A stretch of DNA of 64,000 nt, from the IMG/VR virus record IMGVR_UViG_3300044878_000169; one strand, 5' to 3'. The translations under genes were made by a program, and so were the position numbers. Positions within the stretch are counted from its first letter, which is position 1, and every line of letters starts with the position of its first letter. The notes under the pieces are model-generated. The model ran no database searches. It had not been told where the DNA came from and worked only from the letters and a program-made list of their open reading frames with translations. The stretch is from a virus. This document shows, in pieces, positions 60,841-64,000 of this stretch.

Positions 60841-62094
60841 ATGAGCGGCCTGACAGTAAGTGACTTCTTCTGCGGCGCCGGCGGATCGAGCTCCGGCATC
60901 ATGCAGGTTCCCGGCCTTCACGTGAAGCTCGCCCTGAACCACTGGGAACGCGCCATCGAGACCCACGGATACAACCACCCGGACACCGACCACGCCTGCG
61001 CCGACATCGCGCACATCCGGCCGGAGTACACGCCGCGGACAAACCTGCTGTGGGCCTCCCCCGAGTGCACGAACTTCACCGTGGCCAAGGGCGTGAAGCG
61101 CGAGCAGTGGGACGGGCAGGACTCGCTCTTCACCGCGGGGCTCCCGGACGAGGCAGCGCAGCGCTCCCGCGCCACGATGTACGACGTGCCCCGCTTCGCC
61201 GAGGTCCACCAGTACGAGGCGATCATGACGGAGAACGTCGTCGAGGTTACCGCATGGAAGCCGTTCCGTGGATGGCTGCAGTCCATGGGCGACCTCGGCT
61301 ACGAGCACAAGATCATCAGCCTCAACTCCATGCACGCCCAGGCGTTCGGGCCCGGTGCACCTCAGTCCCGTGACCGCGTCTACATCGTGTTCTGGCGCAA
61401 GGGTAACAAGGCGCCGGACTTCGAGCGCCTTCGCCCAATGGCCGAGTGCGAGAAGCACGGCATGGTCCGGTGCATCCAGGCATTCAAAGACCCCAAGCGC
61501 GTCGTCGGCAAGTACCGGCAGCAGTACGTCTACCGCTGCCCGAACACCAGCTGCCGGAACGCGGTGCTGGAACCGGTCGTGAAGCCCGCCTCGGACGCCA
61601 TCGACTGGAGCCTCAAGGGTGTCCGCATCGGGGACCGGAAGAAGCCGCTGGCCGAAGCCACGATGCGGCAGATCGTCGAGGGCCTGAACCGCTACCCGAA
61701 CGCGCAGAGCATCCTGACGCAGTTCTACGGCTCCCCTTCGCCGAAGCCCACGACTGACCCGTACAGCACGTTCACCACCCGTGACCGGCACGGCCTCGTC
61801 GTGACCCTCCGCTCTAACGCGGTTGCCACCCCGGCCAGCGAGAAGCCGTTCACCACGATCACGGCTGGCGGCAACCACCACGGGCTCATGACCTACACCG
61901 AGCAGGATGTCGCCGACGTCGCGTTCCGGATGATCCAGCCGCACGAGCAGATGTGGGGCATGGACTTCCCGAAGGACTACACGATCCTCGGCACTATGAA
62001 GGAGCGCACCATGCAGGCCGGGAACGCGGTCACTCCGCCGGCTGCCCGCGACCTCGCATCCATCGTTGCTGACTCGCTGGAGGTGGCAGCGTAA
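60841..62094 (+). CDS. C5 DNA methyltransferase (copy 2)
   Basis: Identical translation. Confidence 0.92.
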   Translation: MSGLTVSDFFCGAGGSSSGIMQVPGLHVKLALNHWERAIETHGYNHPDTDHACADIAHIRPEYTPRTNLLWASPECTNFTVAKGVKREQWDGQDSLFTAGLPDEAAQRSRATMYDVPRFAEVHQYEAIMTENVVEVTAWKPFRGWLQSMGDLGYEHKIISLNSMHAQAFGPGAPQSRDRVYIVFWRKGNKAPDFERLRPMAECEKHGMVRCIQAFKDPKRVVGKYRQQYVYRCPNTSCRNAVLEPVVKPASDAIDWSLKGVRIGDRKKPLAEATMRQIVEGLNRYPNAQSILTQFYGSPSPKPTTDPYSTFTTRDRHGLVVTLRSNAVATPASEKPFTTITAGGNHHGLMTYTEQDVADVAFRMIQPHEQMWGMDFPKDYTILGTMKERTMQAGNAVTPPAARDLASIVADSLEVAA

Positions 62095-62688
62095 TGGCGT
62101 ACGTTTACCGCGGCACGATCCGCGACGTCACCTACCCGGCTCCGGCAAGCCAGGCGTCAACCCCCGGCCCGAAGCCCAAGGCCCCCGTGTTCGACCCGTC
62201 GAAGTGCGGGACCTTCAGCGGGTACCAGCAGCACCGGAAGACCGGCACCCCGAAGTGCCAGCCCTGCAAGGACGCGAACGCCGCGTACAGCCGCGACTAC
62301 GCGGCCAGGGTGAAGACCGGCCAGGTCCGGGAGCTTCACGTCGGGTTCCGTGACGACGCGTGCGGGACCTACGCCGGGTACTGCCGGCACCTACGCCACA
62401 AGGTCCCCGCGTGCGGGCCGTGCGCCGAAGCATCACGGCAGCACACCGCCGAGCACCGCGCCAAAGTGAGGGCAGCAGCATGAGCTACAAGTACGCCGGG
62501 AACCAGCCCGGCATCGTCAAGGGCAACCGGGCCGACGTCGCCGCCGAGGACTTCAACACGGACAAATGCGGCACCTATGCGGGATACCACCGGCACCGCC
62601 GCTACGGTGTCCCCGCCTGCGAGGCATGCAGGGTCGCCAACGCCGACTACACGTTCCAGCTCCGTGAAGCACGAAAGGCGGCCGCCTG

Positions 62689-63519
62689 ATGGCACGGGAC
62701 CGAGCGAACATCAACACGAACATCCACGCGGACCAGGACTGGCGGGACCTCACCATCGCCGAGCAGCACCTCTACTGGCTCCTCTCCACCCACCCGGACC
62801 TCAACTATGTCGGCGTGACTGACTGGCGCACAGCACGCCTCTCAGCAATGGCGGCCGACGCGACACGGGAAGGCATCCAGGCGACCGCCGAGAGCCTGCA
62901 GGAGAAGAGGTTCGTGTTCATCGATGAGGACACCGAGGAAATCCTCGTCCGGTCCTTCATGCGGCACGACGGGCTCCTGAAGCAGCCGAAGCTGTCCATC
63001 TCCATGGTGAACGCGTACGGCTCGGTGGCGTCCAAGTACATCCGCGAGGTCGTCACTTTCGAGCTGCAGCGGCTCCACGCCGAGCACCCGGAATGGGCGG
63101 CGTTTAGGCAAGAGAAAGTCATGGCCCTGGTCAGGGGTAAGGGTACGGATATGGGCGAATTTACCCATAGCTTTACCCCTGCGGTTACCCCTCCATTTAC
63201 CCTAAGCGTTGCCCAGCCTGACCCCCTGCCTACAACTACAGCTACTACTACATCTACAGATCTCTCCCGCCGTTCGCCGGAGACCCGCATCCCTGACGGG
63301 TGGGAACCGAACGAACAGCACAAGGCAAAAGCGAGAGAGAAACATCTGGACGTGATGATCCTGGCCGAGGCCTTCCGGAACCATGCCGAGGCGAATGACC
63401 GCCGGGTTAGGAACTGGGACGCAGCGTTCCGGAACTGGATCCTCAAGTCGAACCCCGGGACACCCCCGGCGCACAACCCATGGTCCAAGGACTTCCACCA
63501 GGCAGGAGCGCAGGCATGA
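62689..63519 (+). CDS. Replication initiator (copy 2)
   Basis: Identical translation. Confidence 0.7.
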   Translation: MARDRANINTNIHADQDWRDLTIAEQHLYWLLSTHPDLNYVGVTDWRTARLSAMAADATREGIQATAESLQEKRFVFIDEDTEEILVRSFMRHDGLLKQPKLSISMVNAYGSVASKYIREVVTFELQRLHAEHPEWAAFRQEKVMALVRGKGTDMGEFTHSFTPAVTPPFTLSVAQPDPLPTTTATTTSTDLSRRSPETRIPDGWEPNEQHKAKAREKHLDVMILAEAFRNHAEANDRRVRNWDAAFRNWILKSNPGTPPAHNPWSKDFHQAGAQA

Positions 63520-64000
63520 ACGACATGGCACCCCCGCAGGACATCGACGCGGAACGCTCCACCCTCGGGGCGATGATGCTCTCCCGCGACGTCATCCAGG
63601 ACGTCACTGATCTGGTCTCGGGCCCGGACTTCTACCGGCCGGCGCACGAGACGATCTTCCGGACCATCCTCGAGCTGCACGCCCGGCATGAGCCGGTGGA
63701 CGTGGTGACGGTGTCGAACGCGCTGGCCCGGGACGGGGATGTGGAGCGGGTGGGCGGGGTCGGGTACCTGCACGACATCGCCCAGACCTGCCCCACACCC
63801 TCGGCGGGTGGGTATTACGCCGGGATCGTGGCCCGGCAGGCAGTGCGCCGCCGGCTGGCCACGGCGGCGCACAAGATCGCCCAGCTCGCCCACCAGCCCG
63901 GGGACGAGTCGGAGCTCGTGGAGTTCGCCCGGAAGGAAGTCGACCAGACTTCGAAAGCGACGACGTCGACGGTGCAGTCCTTCGGCGAAACCATCGACCT
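63516..64000 (+). CDS. dnaB: DnaB helicase (copy 2), cut by the window end
   Basis: Matches 22057 onward. Confidence 0.9.
   Translation, partial: MNDMAPPQDIDAERSTLGAMMLSRDVIQDVTDLVSGPDFYRPAHETIFRTILELHARHEPVDVVTVSNALARDGDVERVGGVGYLHDIAQTCPTPSAGGYYAGIVARQAVRRRLATAAHKIAQLAHQPGDESELVEFARKEVDQTSKATTSTVQSFGETID

Larger units (their letters stand above)
45567..64000 (+). repeat. Direct repeat copy 2, running off the window end
   Basis: Same ORFs as 4108-22541 at +41459. Confidence 0.95.

Overview
The window is entirely high-GC temperate siphophage DNA of actinobacterial (Arthrobacter/Micrococcaceae-like) type; no host genes are evident. It is a head-to-tail array with a 41,459-bp period: ~4108-22541 recurs, apparently identically, at ~45567-64000. 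One complete unit lies between two intact attP-type sites (~10.1 kb and ~51.6 kb), whose core is the 3' half of tRNA-Val(TAC). Gene order in the unit: integrase, ImmA-like protein, repressor/Cro, early and replication genes (Sak4-like ATPase, SSB, C5 methyltransferase, Rep, DnaB, RusA-like), a tRNA-like element, packaging/head/tail genes, an acetylesterase tail protein, lysis genes and antisense accessory genes. The first ~4.1 kb is not a copy of the unit. It is the tail end of a different, related phage that merges into identity inside the tail-esterase gene, so the array is a hybrid. Other notable signals are a candidate O-acetylation/de-acetylation receptor module, a dispersed GGAAC-N5-GGAAC operator set at internal promoters with conserved leader hairpins, many C-terminal -AA (degron-like) ends in early proteins, and a tRNA-like RNA with an enlarged anticodon arm. 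All calls come from reading motifs and synteny by eye; no searches or alignments were run.
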